From NCBI GenBank assembly GCA_946613195.1, contig CAMOFE010000001.1:8151-72150 (forward strand): 64,000 nucleotides of DNA, given 5' to 3'. Numbering within the stretch: the stretch's first letter is position 1; each line of letters opens with the position of its first letter. The notes beneath the pieces are model-generated. The model had not been told where the DNA came from, ran no database searches, and worked only from the letters and a program-made list of their open reading frames with translations. The translations under genes and the position numbers were made by a program. Positions 18,921-29,274 of the stretch are shown here, one piece after another. The stretch comes from an uncultured Alphaproteobacteria bacterium. Lineage in GTDB: Bacteria; Pseudomonadota; Alphaproteobacteria; Rs-D84.

Positions 18921-20437
18921 CCTAATTTTTTCTTTAATATTTCATTTACAACCGCCGGGTTTGCCTGACCCGCCGTTGCCTTCATCACATTCCCAACAAA
19001 GAAGCCCAGCAAGCCAACTTTGCCCCCGCGATATTGTTCTACTTGTGCTGGATTTGCAGCAATAACCGCATCCACCGCTGATTCGATTGCGGATGTATCG
19101 GTGATTTGTTCCATACCGAATTTTTTCGCAATTTCATGTGGTGTGCCGGTTTCGCCGTCCAACATTTTAATAAAGATTTCTTTGGCTTGTTTACCGTTGA
19201 TTTCAGATGCTGCAATCATATCAACCAATTCTGCTAAATCAGATGGTGTTATTATGCGCATACCGTCAACTGTGCCAGACTTTTGATTTTCTATATCATA
19301 GTTTTCTGGGTGTGCAAACAATTCAGAAATCATCCAGTTTGCAATCGGTTTGGCACGTATCGGTTTATCACCAACCGCCGCATCATACCAATGTGAAACA
19401 TCTGTTGTTTCTGTCAGGCGCGTTGCGTCATATTCCGACAGACCATATTGCCCCATATACCGCGCACGTGTCGCCGCCGGCAATTCTGGTAATGTCTTGC
19501 GAATGCGTTCAATCATATCATCAGTTATAACCAGTGGTAATAAGTCTGGGTCTGGGAAATAGCGATAGTCCAACGCATCTTCTTTACTGCGCATAACGCT
19601 GGTGGTGCCATCATCTGCGTGGAAACGCATAGTATCCTGGGAAACTTCGCCACCATTTTCATATATTTCAATTTGACGGCGTGCCTCATACTCAATGGCG
19701 GTTTTAATAAACTTAAACGACACCATATTTTTGGTTTCTGTACGTGTGCGGAATGTTTTTTCACCAACGCGTCTTACCGAAACATTTACATCGGCACGCA
19801 TAGAACCTTCTTCCATATTTGCGCGTGATACGCCCAGGGCGCGCGCGATTTCGCGAATTTGTCGCAGGTATCTTTCGGCTTCATCTGGGGACGAAATGTA
19901 CGAATTATTTTCTGGATTTTTTGTGTCCAGGAATGTAACGATTTCCAACAATGCAACACCTGTACGATTATAATCGGCAAAAGATTTTGTTGGATGTACA
20001 TCGTGTTTTAATTTTCCTGCATCTTGTTCCAGGTGCGCACGTTCAATTAAAATCTTTTTTGGATTGCCATCATCGCCGATAATTTCAATATGGCCGCGAC
20101 CAACAATTGGTGCGACTTCGGGTGGTTGTGAAATCTGATATCCCTGGGGCAGGTCAGGATAGAAATATTGTTTACGGGCAAAAATGCTGCGTTTTGATAT
20201 TTCTGCATTTATCCCCAGACCAAATTTAATTGCCTGTTCAACGCAATATTTATTTAATACAGGCAACATGCCAGGCATTGCCACATCAACCATTGAAACC
20301 TGGGTATTGGGGGCAACGGTCGGATTATAGTCCGCAGATGCACCACTGAATAACTTGGAATTAGACAGCACTTCTATATGTGTTTCCAACCCAATTACCA
20401 ATTCCCAATCGCCTGTTTTGCCGTGTATAGTGAACAT
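18917..20437 (-). CDS. gatB: Asp/Glu-tRNA(Asn/Gln) amidotransferase subunit B
   Basis: Full-length GatB (506 aa) with the conserved N-terminus (WE.VIGLE.H..L) and C-terminal YqeY-like tail. Confidence 0.95.
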   Translation of the reverse strand: MFTIHGKTGDWELVIGLETHIEVLSNSKLFSGASADYNPTVAPNTQVSMVDVAMPGMLPVLNKYCVEQAIKFGLGINAEISKRSIFARKQYFYPDLPQGYQISQPPEVAPIVGRGHIEIIGDDGNPKKILIERAHLEQDAGKLKHDVHPTKSFADYNRTGVALLEIVTFLDTKNPENNSYISSPDEAERYLRQIREIARALGVSRANMEEGSMRADVNVSVRRVGEKTFRTRTETKNMVSFKFIKTAIEYEARRQIEIYENGGEVSQDTMRFHADDGTTSVMRSKEDALDYRYFPDPDLLPLVITDDMIERIRKTLPELPAATRARYMGQYGLSEYDATRLTETTDVSHWYDAAVGDKPIRAKPIANWMISELFAHPENYDIENQKSGTVDGMRIITPSDLAELVDMIAASEINGKQAKEIFIKMLDGETGTPHEIAKKFGMEQITDTSAIESAVDAVIAANPAQVEQYRGGKVGLLGFFVGNVMKATAGQANPAVVNEILKKKLG

Positions 20438-20489
20438 TTTTTATTTTTCCTTGCTTTTTTGTTTTTTGTGCCTTATTATTTGCCCCGTT

Positions 20490-20565
20490 GGCTAGGTAGC
20501 TCAGTTGGTAGAGCAAGGGACTGAAAATCCCTGTGTCAGCGGTTCGATTCCGTTCCTAGCCACCA
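20490..20565 (+). tRNA. tRNA-Phe (anticodon GAA)
   Basis: Cloverleaf: acceptor GGCTAGG/CCTAGCC, D-arm AGCTCAGTTGGTAGAGC, anticodon loop CTGAAAA, T-arm GGTTCGATTCC, CCA end. Confidence 0.9.
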
Positions 20566-20577
20566 TTTTTTTTACCT

Positions 20578-20763
20578 TTATCTTATTCTTGCTATTGAAT
20601 CATTGATTGCAGATTGTTTCATTGCTTGTTCATATTTGGTTTTGTCTTGGTTTAATCGCATTTGCGAACGTTTGCATTCATTAATCGCAATTCCGCATAA
20701 TGCAGATAATAAAACAATATATAAACATCCATCCAGTCTAAAAGTAATCTTTTTTTCTTCCAT
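20578..20763 (-). CDS. Possible small single-TM membrane protein downstream of gatA
   Basis: 61 aa; its start lies 4 nt after the gatA stop and it has one hydrophobic helix. Could be spurious. Confidence 0.25.
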   Translation of the reverse strand: MEEKKITFRLDGCLYIVLLSALCGIAINECKRSQMRLNQDKTKYEQAMKQSAINDSIARIR

Positions 20764-20766
20764 TTT

Positions 20767-22233
20767 TTATTCACCCATAATGATTGTTGGACGATTATCA
20801 ATATTTGCAAATTGTTCAATATGGCGTGCCATACGCATCATGTCCATATCATGAAACATTGGTGCAACAACCTGAACCCCCAACGGCAGACCATTTTCTG
20901 CCAATCCTGCGGGTACAGATACCGCCGGGATGCCCGCCAGATTCATTGCCACAGTAAATAAATCCAATGCATAGTATTCCAATGGTGTTAAATCTGAATC
21001 CAATGGTAATGCGGTGTTTGCCCCCGATGGACATATGATAAAATCGCAATTTTGGAATGCAGAATTAAATGCGTTTGCAATTAAACGACGCACACGTGCG
21101 GCCTGCATAAAATATACATCGTATGATTCACTGGACAACACTGCTGTACCGATAATCAATCGGCGTTGTACTTCATCACCAAAACCGGCGGCGCGCGTCT
21201 TTTTGTATGTATCAACCAAATCAGAACCTTCTACACGCAGACCATAACGCATACCGTCATATCGTGCCAGGTTTGATGAAGCCTCGGCTGGGGCGATGAT
21301 ATAATACGCCGCCAATGCATCCAATATGTTTGGAATTGAAACCTCTACTATTTCGGCACCGTTTGATTTCAAGTCGGCGATTCGCGCATCCATCACGCGT
21401 TTCATATCTGGCGAAACATCAACATTTGCAAATTCCTTTACAACACCAACGCGAATTTTTTTGCCAGTATTCAGTATCGGTTTTAATTCGCCATCAAAAT
21501 CAAAAGAATGATAAGACGATGTTGAATCTTTATCATCGTGTCCTGTCATAACAGATAACATTAACGCCGCATCATTTACTGTGCGTGCAATGGGCCCTGG
21601 GGTATCTAAACTGGATGCAAACGCAACACAACCCCAACGCGAACACAAACCGTATGTTGGCTTTACCCCAACCAACCCCGTAATAGATGCCGGAAAACGA
21701 ATTGATCCCCCGGTGTCTGTGCCGGTTGCGCCCATGGCCAGACCCGATGCCACCGCCGATGTAGAACCACCCGATGATCCGCCAGCCGTTAATTTACGTG
21801 TTCTTTGCCATGGGTTAATTGGTGCACCGAAATATGATGTTTTACTGAAAGTGCCCATCGCAAATTCGTCCAGGTTTGTTTTACCCAACAATACAGAACC
21901 CGAATCGATAAACTTTTGTGAAACAGTTGATTCATATTCCGGGACAAAATTTTCCAGCATTTTTGATGCCGCAGTTGTGCGAATACCGCGGGTCGCAAAC
22001 AAATCTTTCATTCCAATTGGTATCCCATCCAATGCGCGCGCAGTGCCGTCTGCATAGTGTTTGTCGGCATTTGCCGCATCGCTTAGTGCGCGTTCGGGTG
22101 TGGTTGTAATATAGCAATTTAATTCCGTACCATATTTTTCAATACGCGCAATATGTGCACGCGCCAATTCGGTCGCAGATATTTCGCGCGATTTTAATTT
22201 CTTTAATGCCTCTGTTATGGTCAGGTTTATCAT
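20767..22233 (-). CDS. gatA: Glutamyl-tRNA(Gln) amidotransferase subunit A
   Basis: Amidase signature (GGSSGGS), 488 aa. Confidence 0.95.
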   Translation of the reverse strand: MINLTITEALKKLKSREISATELARAHIARIEKYGTELNCYITTTPERALSDAANADKHYADGTARALDGIPIGMKDLFATRGIRTTAASKMLENFVPEYESTVSQKFIDSGSVLLGKTNLDEFAMGTFSKTSYFGAPINPWQRTRKLTAGGSSGGSTSAVASGLAMGATGTDTGGSIRFPASITGLVGVKPTYGLCSRWGCVAFASSLDTPGPIARTVNDAALMLSVMTGHDDKDSTSSYHSFDFDGELKPILNTGKKIRVGVVKEFANVDVSPDMKRVMDARIADLKSNGAEIVEVSIPNILDALAAYYIIAPAEASSNLARYDGMRYGLRVEGSDLVDTYKKTRAAGFGDEVQRRLIIGTAVLSSESYDVYFMQAARVRRLIANAFNSAFQNCDFIICPSGANTALPLDSDLTPLEYYALDLFTVAMNLAGIPAVSVPAGLAENGLPLGVQVVAPMFHDMDMMRMARHIEQFANIDNRPTIIMGE

Positions 22234-22235
22234 AT

Positions 22236-22703
22236 TTATTTACCTTTGGTGTTTTTCATAATTAAATTTGTCAAAAATTGTAATTGGGCATTGCAATTGA
22301 TTTTCTGTTTTTCCAGTTCCTGTATTGCTTGGGTATGTTCTGCAATTTTCCGTTTGTGTTCGGCGATTTTTAATTGAATATCGCGGGATTGTTGTTGCAG
22401 CGTTTGACTGGCTGTCTGCATTTCAGATACAGTTTTATATTTCATATTTTCATTAAAATACATGGCCAGTTTCATATTTATTTCACCCAAGGTGATTTTA
22501 CCCATATTGCGTATATGGTGTAAATTATCTTGATGTTTTAACAATTCACCAATGGTGCGTATATCCCCATAACCTTTTAAGGTATTAGATGCACGTGTTG
22601 ATAAATTCAACACATCAATAGAAACATCAAATTCATCGTTTTTCATATTATTCTCCATCCATAACTTTTGGTACAGCAAAGTATCCACGTGATACGCCGG
22701 CAT
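22236..22703 (-). CDS. RNA polymerase alpha-subunit C-terminal-domain (alpha-CTD)-like protein with C-terminal coiled coil
   Basis: Segment DVLNLSTRASNTLKGYGDIRTIGELL resembles the alpha-CTD helix-hairpin-helix, followed by a heptad-rich tail (IAEHKRKIAEHTQAIQELEKQK). The likely start is an internal Met just after the gatC stop. Lies between gatC and gatA. Confidence 0.45.
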   Translation of the reverse strand: MPAYHVDTLLYQKLWMENNMKNDEFDVSIDVLNLSTRASNTLKGYGDIRTIGELLKHQDNLHHIRNMGKITLGEINMKLAMYFNENMKYKTVSEMQTASQTLQQQSRDIQLKIAEHKRKIAEHTQAIQELEKQKINCNAQLQFLTNLIMKNTKGK

Positions 22704-22944
22704 TATCAGGTGCGTTTTTTAACACACTGTCGCGAATACCGCCGTCTGTTACCACATCATCGCGCCATGGTAATTCATGTTCTGCGGGGTTTAACATTGC
22801 ATCAACCCCGGTTGTATCAATTCTTTGTAATTTATCCAGCCATTCAATCACAGAATCAATATTCATTTTTTCCAGTTTGTCATCCGTGATATCAATTCGT
22901 ATCAGGTCTGCAAATTTATGTAATTGTTGCTTGCTAAATGCCAT
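22648..22944 (-). CDS. gatC: Glutamyl-tRNA(Gln) amidotransferase subunit C
   Basis: 98 aa with the typical GatC helices (..LARIDI.D..LE....L..IL.W...L). Confidence 0.85.
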   Translation of the reverse strand: MAFSKQQLHKFADLIRIDITDDKLEKMNIDSVIEWLDKLQRIDTTGVDAMLNPAEHELPWRDDVVTDGGIRDSVLKNAPDNAGVSRGYFAVPKVMDGE

Positions 22945-23434
22945 TTCTAATCCTATATTAAAAAGTAAAAGGAATTATACAATGATTTTGCCAGATTTCA
23001 AGGACTTTCCGCGCGTGGGGCGCATAATTGGAATTGATTGGGGGGCGGCGCGCGTTGGGGTTGCGGTGTCTGGTCCAGACCGTGTATTTATTTTTACGCG
23101 TCCTGCGGTGCGTGGGGGAATAGACGCCACACAGCGTATTGCTGATTTGGCAAAATCCGAAAGGTGTGTTGGTATTGTAATTGGGTTGCCTTTGCGGATG
23201 GATGGGGGTGAATCTGATACAACATTGCGCGTGCGCGAATTTGCAAATGATTTGGCGAAAATTACAGATTTACCGATATGCTTTATTGATGAAACATTGT
23301 CGTCTGCATTTGCCCAAGAATCAATGGGACGCGTGCACGTTCGTGATATCAAAGAAAAATTGGATTCAGAATCTGCCCGTGTAATTTTGGAAAATGCAAT
23401 CAGTGTTATGAACAGGTTAAACAATATTAACTAA
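22877..23434 (+). CDS. ruvX: Putative pre-16S rRNA nuclease / Holliday-junction resolvase-like RuvX (YqgF)
   Basis: RNase H-like motifs GIDWGAARVGVAVS and DETLSS. The true start is probably the internal MILPDF (~150 aa). Confidence 0.8.
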   Translation: MSSVISIRIRSANLCNCCLLNAISNPILKSKRNYTMILPDFKDFPRVGRIIGIDWGAARVGVAVSGPDRVFIFTRPAVRGGIDATQRIADLAKSERCVGIVIGLPLRMDGGESDTTLRVREFANDLAKITDLPICFIDETLSSAFAQESMGRVHVRDIKEKLDSESARVILENAISVMNRLNNIN

Positions 23435-23452
23435 TAACACAAAACAAGATTA

Positions 23453-24496
23453 TCAATCTTCTTTTTTATCTGGAATGTTTCCATCGGCCGACAACAACAC
23501 AGCAATCCAACGTGTTGAATCAAATTGTGCGGTGATAATAAATGTTGCCACCAATAATGGTACACTGAAAAACATACCTGCCACACCCCAAATCATACCC
23601 CAGAACACCAGGTTTATTAAAATTGCCAGTGTTGATAGGTTTAATGTTTTTCCTGTTAACTTTGGTTCCAAAATATTTCCAAATAAAATCTGTAATCCAA
23701 TCAAACCCGCAGCAGTTAAAATTGGTAAATGCAGTGTTGTTGATACAGTCATCGCAAACAATATCGGCATTGCGCACGCAATAATAGAACCGATTGTTGG
23801 TATGTAATTCATCATAAATATTATGAATGCCCACACGCCTGGAAATTCCAGTCCGATTGTTCGTAACCATAAATACGACATTATTCCTGTTGCCGCAGAA
23901 ATCATAGTCTTCATAAACAAGTATTTTTTCATATTGTCATCAATACTGTCCAAGATATAACGCATCTTTTTAGATTGTGTTTTGTTTGTAACCAAATGCG
24001 CAAACTTTTTATTAAATGTACTCTGTTCAACAAACATAAACAGTATGTATATCAACACCAAACCAATAGATGTTGCGAAACCAGCCGCCGCCGTTCCCAA
24101 CTTGGACGCGATTTCTGATATATTCGGCACCAACGACATATCAAACGCGATTCCGATTTCGTCAGATATATATTCCCCCATGTCTGCGATTTTATCTTGA
24201 ATCTGGGGCAGGGCATACATCAGTTCTGTAAACATTGGTTGAATTTGTGTAACAAATACATAAATTATTCCACCCAATGTCAAAATAGATAAAACAATCG
24301 CCAGCCAATTAGAAAATATACATAACCAATTACGCGAATGTACTTCACAGTAATAGGGTGGCATTACCTTGCGATAATATGCGGCAACAGCATTTATTAA
24401 ATACCATAAAAACGCCGCCACCATCAGCGGAATTATAATAGACCGCCCCAGCCACAGAAAAAATACCAGACCAGAAAATATCAGAAATCCGCGCAT
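23453..24496 (-). CDS. AI-2E family transporter (PerM/YdiK-like permease)
   Basis: 347 aa, 8 TM, AI-2E family pattern (GLEFP..W..IIF..NYIP.IGS). Confidence 0.8.
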   Translation of the reverse strand: MRGFLIFSGLVFFLWLGRSIIIPLMVAAFLWYLINAVAAYYRKVMPPYYCEVHSRNWLCIFSNWLAIVLSILTLGGIIYVFVTQIQPMFTELMYALPQIQDKIADMGEYISDEIGIAFDMSLVPNISEIASKLGTAAAGFATSIGLVLIYILFMFVEQSTFNKKFAHLVTNKTQSKKMRYILDSIDDNMKKYLFMKTMISAATGIMSYLWLRTIGLEFPGVWAFIIFMMNYIPTIGSIIACAMPILFAMTVSTTLHLPILTAAGLIGLQILFGNILEPKLTGKTLNLSTLAILINLVFWGMIWGVAGMFFSVPLLVATFIITAQFDSTRWIAVLLSADGNIPDKKED

Positions 24497-24510
24497 ATTG
24501 CTACCTTTGT

Positions 24511-25479
24511 TTATTCTGTGATTGGTTGGATGGTGTCTGTTATATCAATAACATCCATATTTGGTTGTGTTGGTTGTACTGTTGTTGCCGTTCCCAACAT
24601 ATATGCCAATATCATAATATTTATAATAACCGCGATTGTCGCGAATGTTTTGTTTATTGTTTTTTGTAAATGTTCTTTCCCAACAATTCCACGCCAGATA
24701 AAGAACAGAACAACAGGCGTTAATACAACGGTCAAATTCCACAGCACACCGCCACCCCACAGACACAATAATTCTGTGATACACAGTAATGCCAATGCAA
24801 TATATGAATTGCGTGGGTGGGCAACAATCCAATCTGTTAATGTGGTAAATGTGCGACTGCGAATTTCAACACGTGAATCTAATTTTTTTGCATCGTTCAT
24901 AATATAGCCCGGCACCCACATTACGCAAAATGGTAATGTTAATAATGCTTTGATTCGCGACATACCCAGACCAATCCCACGCAAGTAACACGCATACATA
25001 ATTACAACGCCCAGTCCCATTATATATGTTGCAATTAATGCAATCATCAACACGCCAATTAAACCAAAGATTAATTTTGTGTTTGATACAGCATAAGTAT
25101 TCCATAACACAGGTGCAACAAGCATAAATATTGCTGCAAATAATGCCATTGCAAAACACGCGGCAATCGCGGAACTGGTTAAAACTGCGACAGAACTGCG
25201 TCTGTCAAACAAATCTGTTCGTAACCATTTAACCAGTTTATATATTCCAAACAGATTTATTATTGTCGCCAATATCGCGACAGTTTTGCCGGACATTGAC
25301 CAATCTAATGCAGTTGCCAATGCGCCATAAATCAAACTGATAAATATAGATAAACACAAAACTAATGTGGCAAATTTAATTGGTGTCCGCCAAATCCATG
25401 ATGCCAAAGTGCGTGTGGCAACATTTGATTTTTTTTGTGTTGCTTGTGATGTTTTTTTTGCTGTTTTTTTCTTTAACAT
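24511..25479 (-). CDS. Polytopic inner-membrane protein, unknown function
   Basis: 322 aa, Lys-rich N-terminus then ~8 hydrophobic helices. No motif I recognise. Confidence 0.5.
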   Translation of the reverse strand: MLKKKTAKKTSQATQKKSNVATRTLASWIWRTPIKFATLVLCLSIFISLIYGALATALDWSMSGKTVAILATIINLFGIYKLVKWLRTDLFDRRSSVAVLTSSAIAACFAMALFAAIFMLVAPVLWNTYAVSNTKLIFGLIGVLMIALIATYIMGLGVVIMYACYLRGIGLGMSRIKALLTLPFCVMWVPGYIMNDAKKLDSRVEIRSRTFTTLTDWIVAHPRNSYIALALLCITELLCLWGGGVLWNLTVVLTPVVLFFIWRGIVGKEHLQKTINKTFATIAVIINIMILAYMLGTATTVQPTQPNMDVIDITDTIQPITE

Positions 25480-25508
25480 CTTTCTTTCCTTTTTTATTAA
25501 CGATGTGT

Positions 25509-26186
25509 TTATTTTATCACAATTTGCCCGTTTGACAAAGTGCTTATATCTGTGATTTTTATCATATCTGCAAATTGTTTTTGATGACTGATTATTAAAA
25601 ATGTGGTGTTGTGTTGTTGTGAAATTGTATCTGCAATTAACCCCAGTGTGTCAGCATCTGCACCAGAATCTGGTTCGTCCAGTATTGCAAATTTTGGTTC
25701 TGTCATACGTAATTGTAATAACATCAGTCTTTTGCGTTCGCCACCAGAAAAACCAACATTTACACTGCGGTTCAACCATTCGCGTGGAATGTTTAACGAT
25801 TCGCGCAACCGTTCCAATTTTTCCAAAAATTCAGCCATTGATAAATCGCGACCTGTATTAAAATGTGTGTGCGCCGCCGCAGAATGTTTTAATAAACTGA
25901 TAACTGTCAGTCCTGGAATTTCTGGTACATGTTGTGCGCCCAAAAATATTCCCATCAGTGCACGCGTGGTTGCGTTTTCATCTGTTATATCGTGTCCATC
26001 AAAAATAATTTTCCCAGAATCTATTTTATATTCTGGATTGCCTGAAATTGCGTGCGCCAATGTGGATTTACCACTGCCGTTATGTCCGCGCAAAAGCACG
26101 CGTGCCCCACGTTTTATGTTCAGGTTTATATCTTGTAATAATTGTTTGTCGCCCATTGATACGGACAAGTTTTTTATTTCTAACAT
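25509..26186 (-). CDS. sufC: Fe-S cluster assembly ATPase SufC
   Basis: ABC ATPase with Walker A GHNGSGKST, signature LSGGERKR and Walker B ILDEPDSG. 225 aa. Confidence 0.9.
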   Translation of the reverse strand: MLEIKNLSVSMGDKQLLQDINLNIKRGARVLLRGHNGSGKSTLAHAISGNPEYKIDSGKIIFDGHDITDENATTRALMGIFLGAQHVPEIPGLTVISLLKHSAAAHTHFNTGRDLSMAEFLEKLERLRESLNIPREWLNRSVNVGFSGGERKRLMLLQLRMTEPKFAILDEPDSGADADTLGLIADTISQQHNTTFLIISHQKQFADMIKITDISTLSNGQIVIK

Positions 26187-26189
26187 TTT

Positions 26190-27509
26190 TTAGTCTTTTG
26201 ATATTGCCATTTGTATTAATTGTTTTGATTCTACCAAAAATTCCATTGGCAGTCGTGATAAAATCGGTGCCGCCGTTGCGCCAATTATCAGTGCAGTGGC
26301 GGTATCTGTATCCAGACCGCATTGTTCCAGGTACAATAATTGCTTTGCATCAATTGCGCCTGTGGATGCCTCGTGGCTTTGCACGTTTTCACCATTGTTG
26401 TGAACAATTGTCGGAATTGTGTTTGCTGTGGCGGTGTTGCCAATTATGCGCGTATCGCATTTTGATGCGTTCCTGGATTCGTATCCGTTAAAAGACACTA
26501 AACTGCGAAATGTTTGGACAGATTTATCCATTGCAACGCCATACGATATAATATTAGAAACAGTGTTATTTCCAATATGAATCATTTTTGTGCCTGTATC
26601 AGATTGTTGCATATCGCGCGTAATTGTTAATGAATAAAAATCTGATTTTGCATTGTCGCCAGATAATACAGTTGATGGATATTTCCAAGTCATAGCAGAG
26701 CCAATCTCTACCTGGGTCCAATCCAGTCGTGCATTTGTATCACACCGACCGCGTTTAGTTACAAAATTTAATATCCCCCCATCACCATTTTTATCGCCAC
26801 GATACCAATTTTGCACAGTTGCATATTTTACATATGCATTATCGTGTACAACGATTTCAACAACACCACTGTGTAATTGGTGGTTTGGGCGACGTGGGGC
26901 ACTGCAACCTTCCATATAAGATAATTCAGCACCAGAATCGGCGATAATAAGCGTTCGCTCAAACTGACCGATTTTGGCGGTTTCAATTCTGAAATAACTG
27001 GCCAAATCAATGGGGCATTTGGTGTTTGGCGGAACATATACAAATGTACCATCTGAAAATACCGCTGCATTCAGTGCCGCATAAAAATTATCTGTATTTG
27101 ATACAACAGTCCCCAGGTATTTTTTTACTAAATCTGGATAGTCGCGCACAGCATCAGAAAAAGGCAAAAATATTATCCCCAGTCTTTTTAATTCATCTGT
27201 GAATGATGTGTGAACAGATTTGCTGTCAATTACCGTATCTGTTGCCATTCCCATCAACGCACGTTGTTCTGATTCTGGCAACCCCATTTTTTCATAGGTT
27301 TGTTTTAATTCGCTGTTATCAATTTGTGGATGTTCATTAAAGTAATTTAATGAATTATAATCAATCGGCGCATAATTAATTTCGCCCCAGTGTGGCTCGT
27401 GCATTTTTTTCCATGCATCCAATGCCGCCAGTCGCCATTGCAACAACCAATCTGGTTCATTGCGTATCGCGGATATTTTATGCACAAGATTTTCAGATAT
27501 TTTTGCCAT
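26190..27509 (-). CDS. sufB: Fe-S cluster assembly protein SufB (SufB/SufD family)
   Basis: 439 aa, beta-helix SufBD domain, lies directly upstream of sufC. Confidence 0.8.
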   Translation of the reverse strand: MAKISENLVHKISAIRNEPDWLLQWRLAALDAWKKMHEPHWGEINYAPIDYNSLNYFNEHPQIDNSELKQTYEKMGLPESEQRALMGMATDTVIDSKSVHTSFTDELKRLGIIFLPFSDAVRDYPDLVKKYLGTVVSNTDNFYAALNAAVFSDGTFVYVPPNTKCPIDLASYFRIETAKIGQFERTLIIADSGAELSYMEGCSAPRRPNHQLHSGVVEIVVHDNAYVKYATVQNWYRGDKNGDGGILNFVTKRGRCDTNARLDWTQVEIGSAMTWKYPSTVLSGDNAKSDFYSLTITRDMQQSDTGTKMIHIGNNTVSNIISYGVAMDKSVQTFRSLVSFNGYESRNASKCDTRIIGNTATANTIPTIVHNNGENVQSHEASTGAIDAKQLLYLEQCGLDTDTATALIIGATAAPILSRLPMEFLVESKQLIQMAISKD

Positions 27510-27559
27510 AGCAATTGTTAATATAAATCAGAAATTTGCAATCGGCAATCAGAATTATA

Positions 27560-28180
27560 TTAATTTTCTTGGGTTGCCAATGCTTTTGCCTGGGCAAACA
27601 GGGTCAGTGATTGTCCCAACAATCCATTTGTAAATGTTTGCGCCAAAATACCGTCTGGTTCTGTATTGCCCAAGTGTTGCAACAATCTGTCTGCGTGCGA
27701 CATATAATTATCCAGGTTGCGTGCAACCTCGGTATCTAATTTAATTGCGCGTCGCAACTTTTCCAATGCAAACGGATTTTTTGCATATTCATCCATAATG
27801 CCGCCAATCGCCCGCCATAACGGGTGTTCAGATGTCTGGCGGGGCATTATATCAATCGCCGCCATAATCGGAATCAAACATTGTAACAAGTCTTGATAAA
27901 TAATTTCTGCGTGTTCTGCAACCGCATTGGTGGCATATTTGCTTTTTAATACAGATTGCATTTTTACAATCAAATTATACTGATATTCCAGAGTTTTGTT
28001 TATTTGCTTGTTTTGTACAGATATACGATAAATTGACCATGCAATTATGCCACATATAACGGCAATAATGCCCAATATTATAAAAACAAAAGTGTCTTGC
28101 ATTTCTTTTCCCTGGTTTTGGACATACCCAAGTATATCATGTTTTTCCGATTCGCGCGATTTTATCTTTTGGTAAATCAC
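27560..28180 (-). CDS. Membrane-anchored hypothetical protein
   Basis: One TM (FVFIILGIIAVICGIIAWSI) then a ~150-aa helical domain. Diverges from the secretin operon. Confidence 0.45.
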   Translation of the reverse strand: MIYQKIKSRESEKHDILGYVQNQGKEMQDTFVFIILGIIAVICGIIAWSIYRISVQNKQINKTLEYQYNLIVKMQSVLKSKYATNAVAEHAEIIYQDLLQCLIPIMAAIDIMPRQTSEHPLWRAIGGIMDEYAKNPFALEKLRRAIKLDTEVARNLDNYMSHADRLLQHLGNTEPDGILAQTFTNGLLGQSLTLFAQAKALATQEN

Positions 28181-28285
28181 ACAAAATCATTTTTTAGAGT
28201 GTTTTTTAGGTCTTGCACAGATTCGGTCAAGTTGATATAATAAGCAAGAAAGAAGGTATAAAAAATATTAGGAAAGGATAATCTT

Positions 28286-29233
28286 ATGTTTCGTAAGATA
28301 TTGATAATAGCGATGTTTGCAACTGCGGCGGGTTATTGTTTCGCCGAAGATAATGTTCACCAAGTTGTAACGAGTGAGGTTTTTTATGACGAAGAATATC
28401 GTCGGATTGATGATAATGTGTATGAAGATATCGTTGAAGAAACCGAAGTGCCTGCGTGGCCATTAGTTGGTTCTGATGCAGACGTAGAAGTTACATGTGA
28501 TCGTGGTGCGTGCAGTAATGTGCGTACACCTGTGGTCGCGCAAACGCCTGTGCCACGACGCGCAGATAATATTCGTATTGTTTCCAAAATTGGTGATGAT
28601 ATGGTTGTTGAAAATAATATAAATATGAGCGGTGCCGGTAACCAATGGTCGGGTGGTGCAGATATGGTGCATGGTATGCAAATCCCGGCGGGGTTTGATA
28701 ACGAATGTTATAATGGCGCAGAAATGCCGTTGTTGCATCGTGAAATTCTGGAAGATGACGGTGGCAGTGTATTGGCTGTATCACGTGGACCATACAATCG
28801 TTGTGGTGGATATGTAAACGATTACGATACATATGTTGCGAAAAGTAAATTAAGCGAAACAGAAAAATTGCGTTGGTTGGCGATGGATGATGCAACAACA
28901 GAATCAACAAAATCTGTTCGCGGTGATATTGTTGTTGATGTAACAACAGATGCGGATGCGGCCCCAGAATTACCAGACCAGGTGCGGTCTTGGGTTGTTG
29001 CAAATGGACAAACATTACGCGAAGTTTTGCAAAGTTGGTGTGATAAAGATGGTTGGGATTTAGTATGGGCAACATCGCGCGAATACCCGATAGAGGCCAG
29101 TGCGGTGTTCAAGGGACGTTTCGTTGATGTTGCATCTGCGCTGGTGCGGAACTTTGGTCGTGCAACACCAATCCCATATGCAAAATTTTACAAGGGAAAT
29201 CGTGTTTTAGTCGTATCCACCACCGAGGAGTAA
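28286..29233 (+). CDS. Secreted TcpQ-domain protein (type IVb pilus secretin partner, TcpQ/PilM-like)
   Basis: Signal peptide (..AAGYCFA|ED). C-terminal ~90 aa (..WVVANGQTLREVLQSWCDKDGWDLVWATSREYPIEASAVFKGRFVDVASALV..FYKGNRVLVV) matches the TcpQ family pattern. Located immediately upstream of a lipoprotein secretin, as tcpQ is to tcpC. Confidence 0.5.
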   Translation: MFRKILIIAMFATAAGYCFAEDNVHQVVTSEVFYDEEYRRIDDNVYEDIVEETEVPAWPLVGSDADVEVTCDRGACSNVRTPVVAQTPVPRRADNIRIVSKIGDDMVVENNINMSGAGNQWSGGADMVHGMQIPAGFDNECYNGAEMPLLHREILEDDGGSVLAVSRGPYNRCGGYVNDYDTYVAKSKLSETEKLRWLAMDDATTESTKSVRGDIVVDVTTDADAAPELPDQVRSWVVANGQTLREVLQSWCDKDGWDLVWATSREYPIEASAVFKGRFVDVASALVRNFGRATPIPYAKFYKGNRVLVVSTTEE

Positions 29234-29274
29234 TAATCCATTAACAGGATGACACATTTGGGAGAGCATAGGAA

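Noticed and set aside
25603-26193. 196-aa ORF antisense to sufC
   Set aside because: Complete overlap with a strongly supported ABC ATPase gene, and no RBS or independent context.
26190-27509. suf operon looks incomplete (only sufB and sufC; no sufD/sufS/sufE adjacent)
   Set aside because: Gene-order variation and relocation of sufD/sufS are common in reduced genomes. It cannot be judged from one window and is not treated as a finding.
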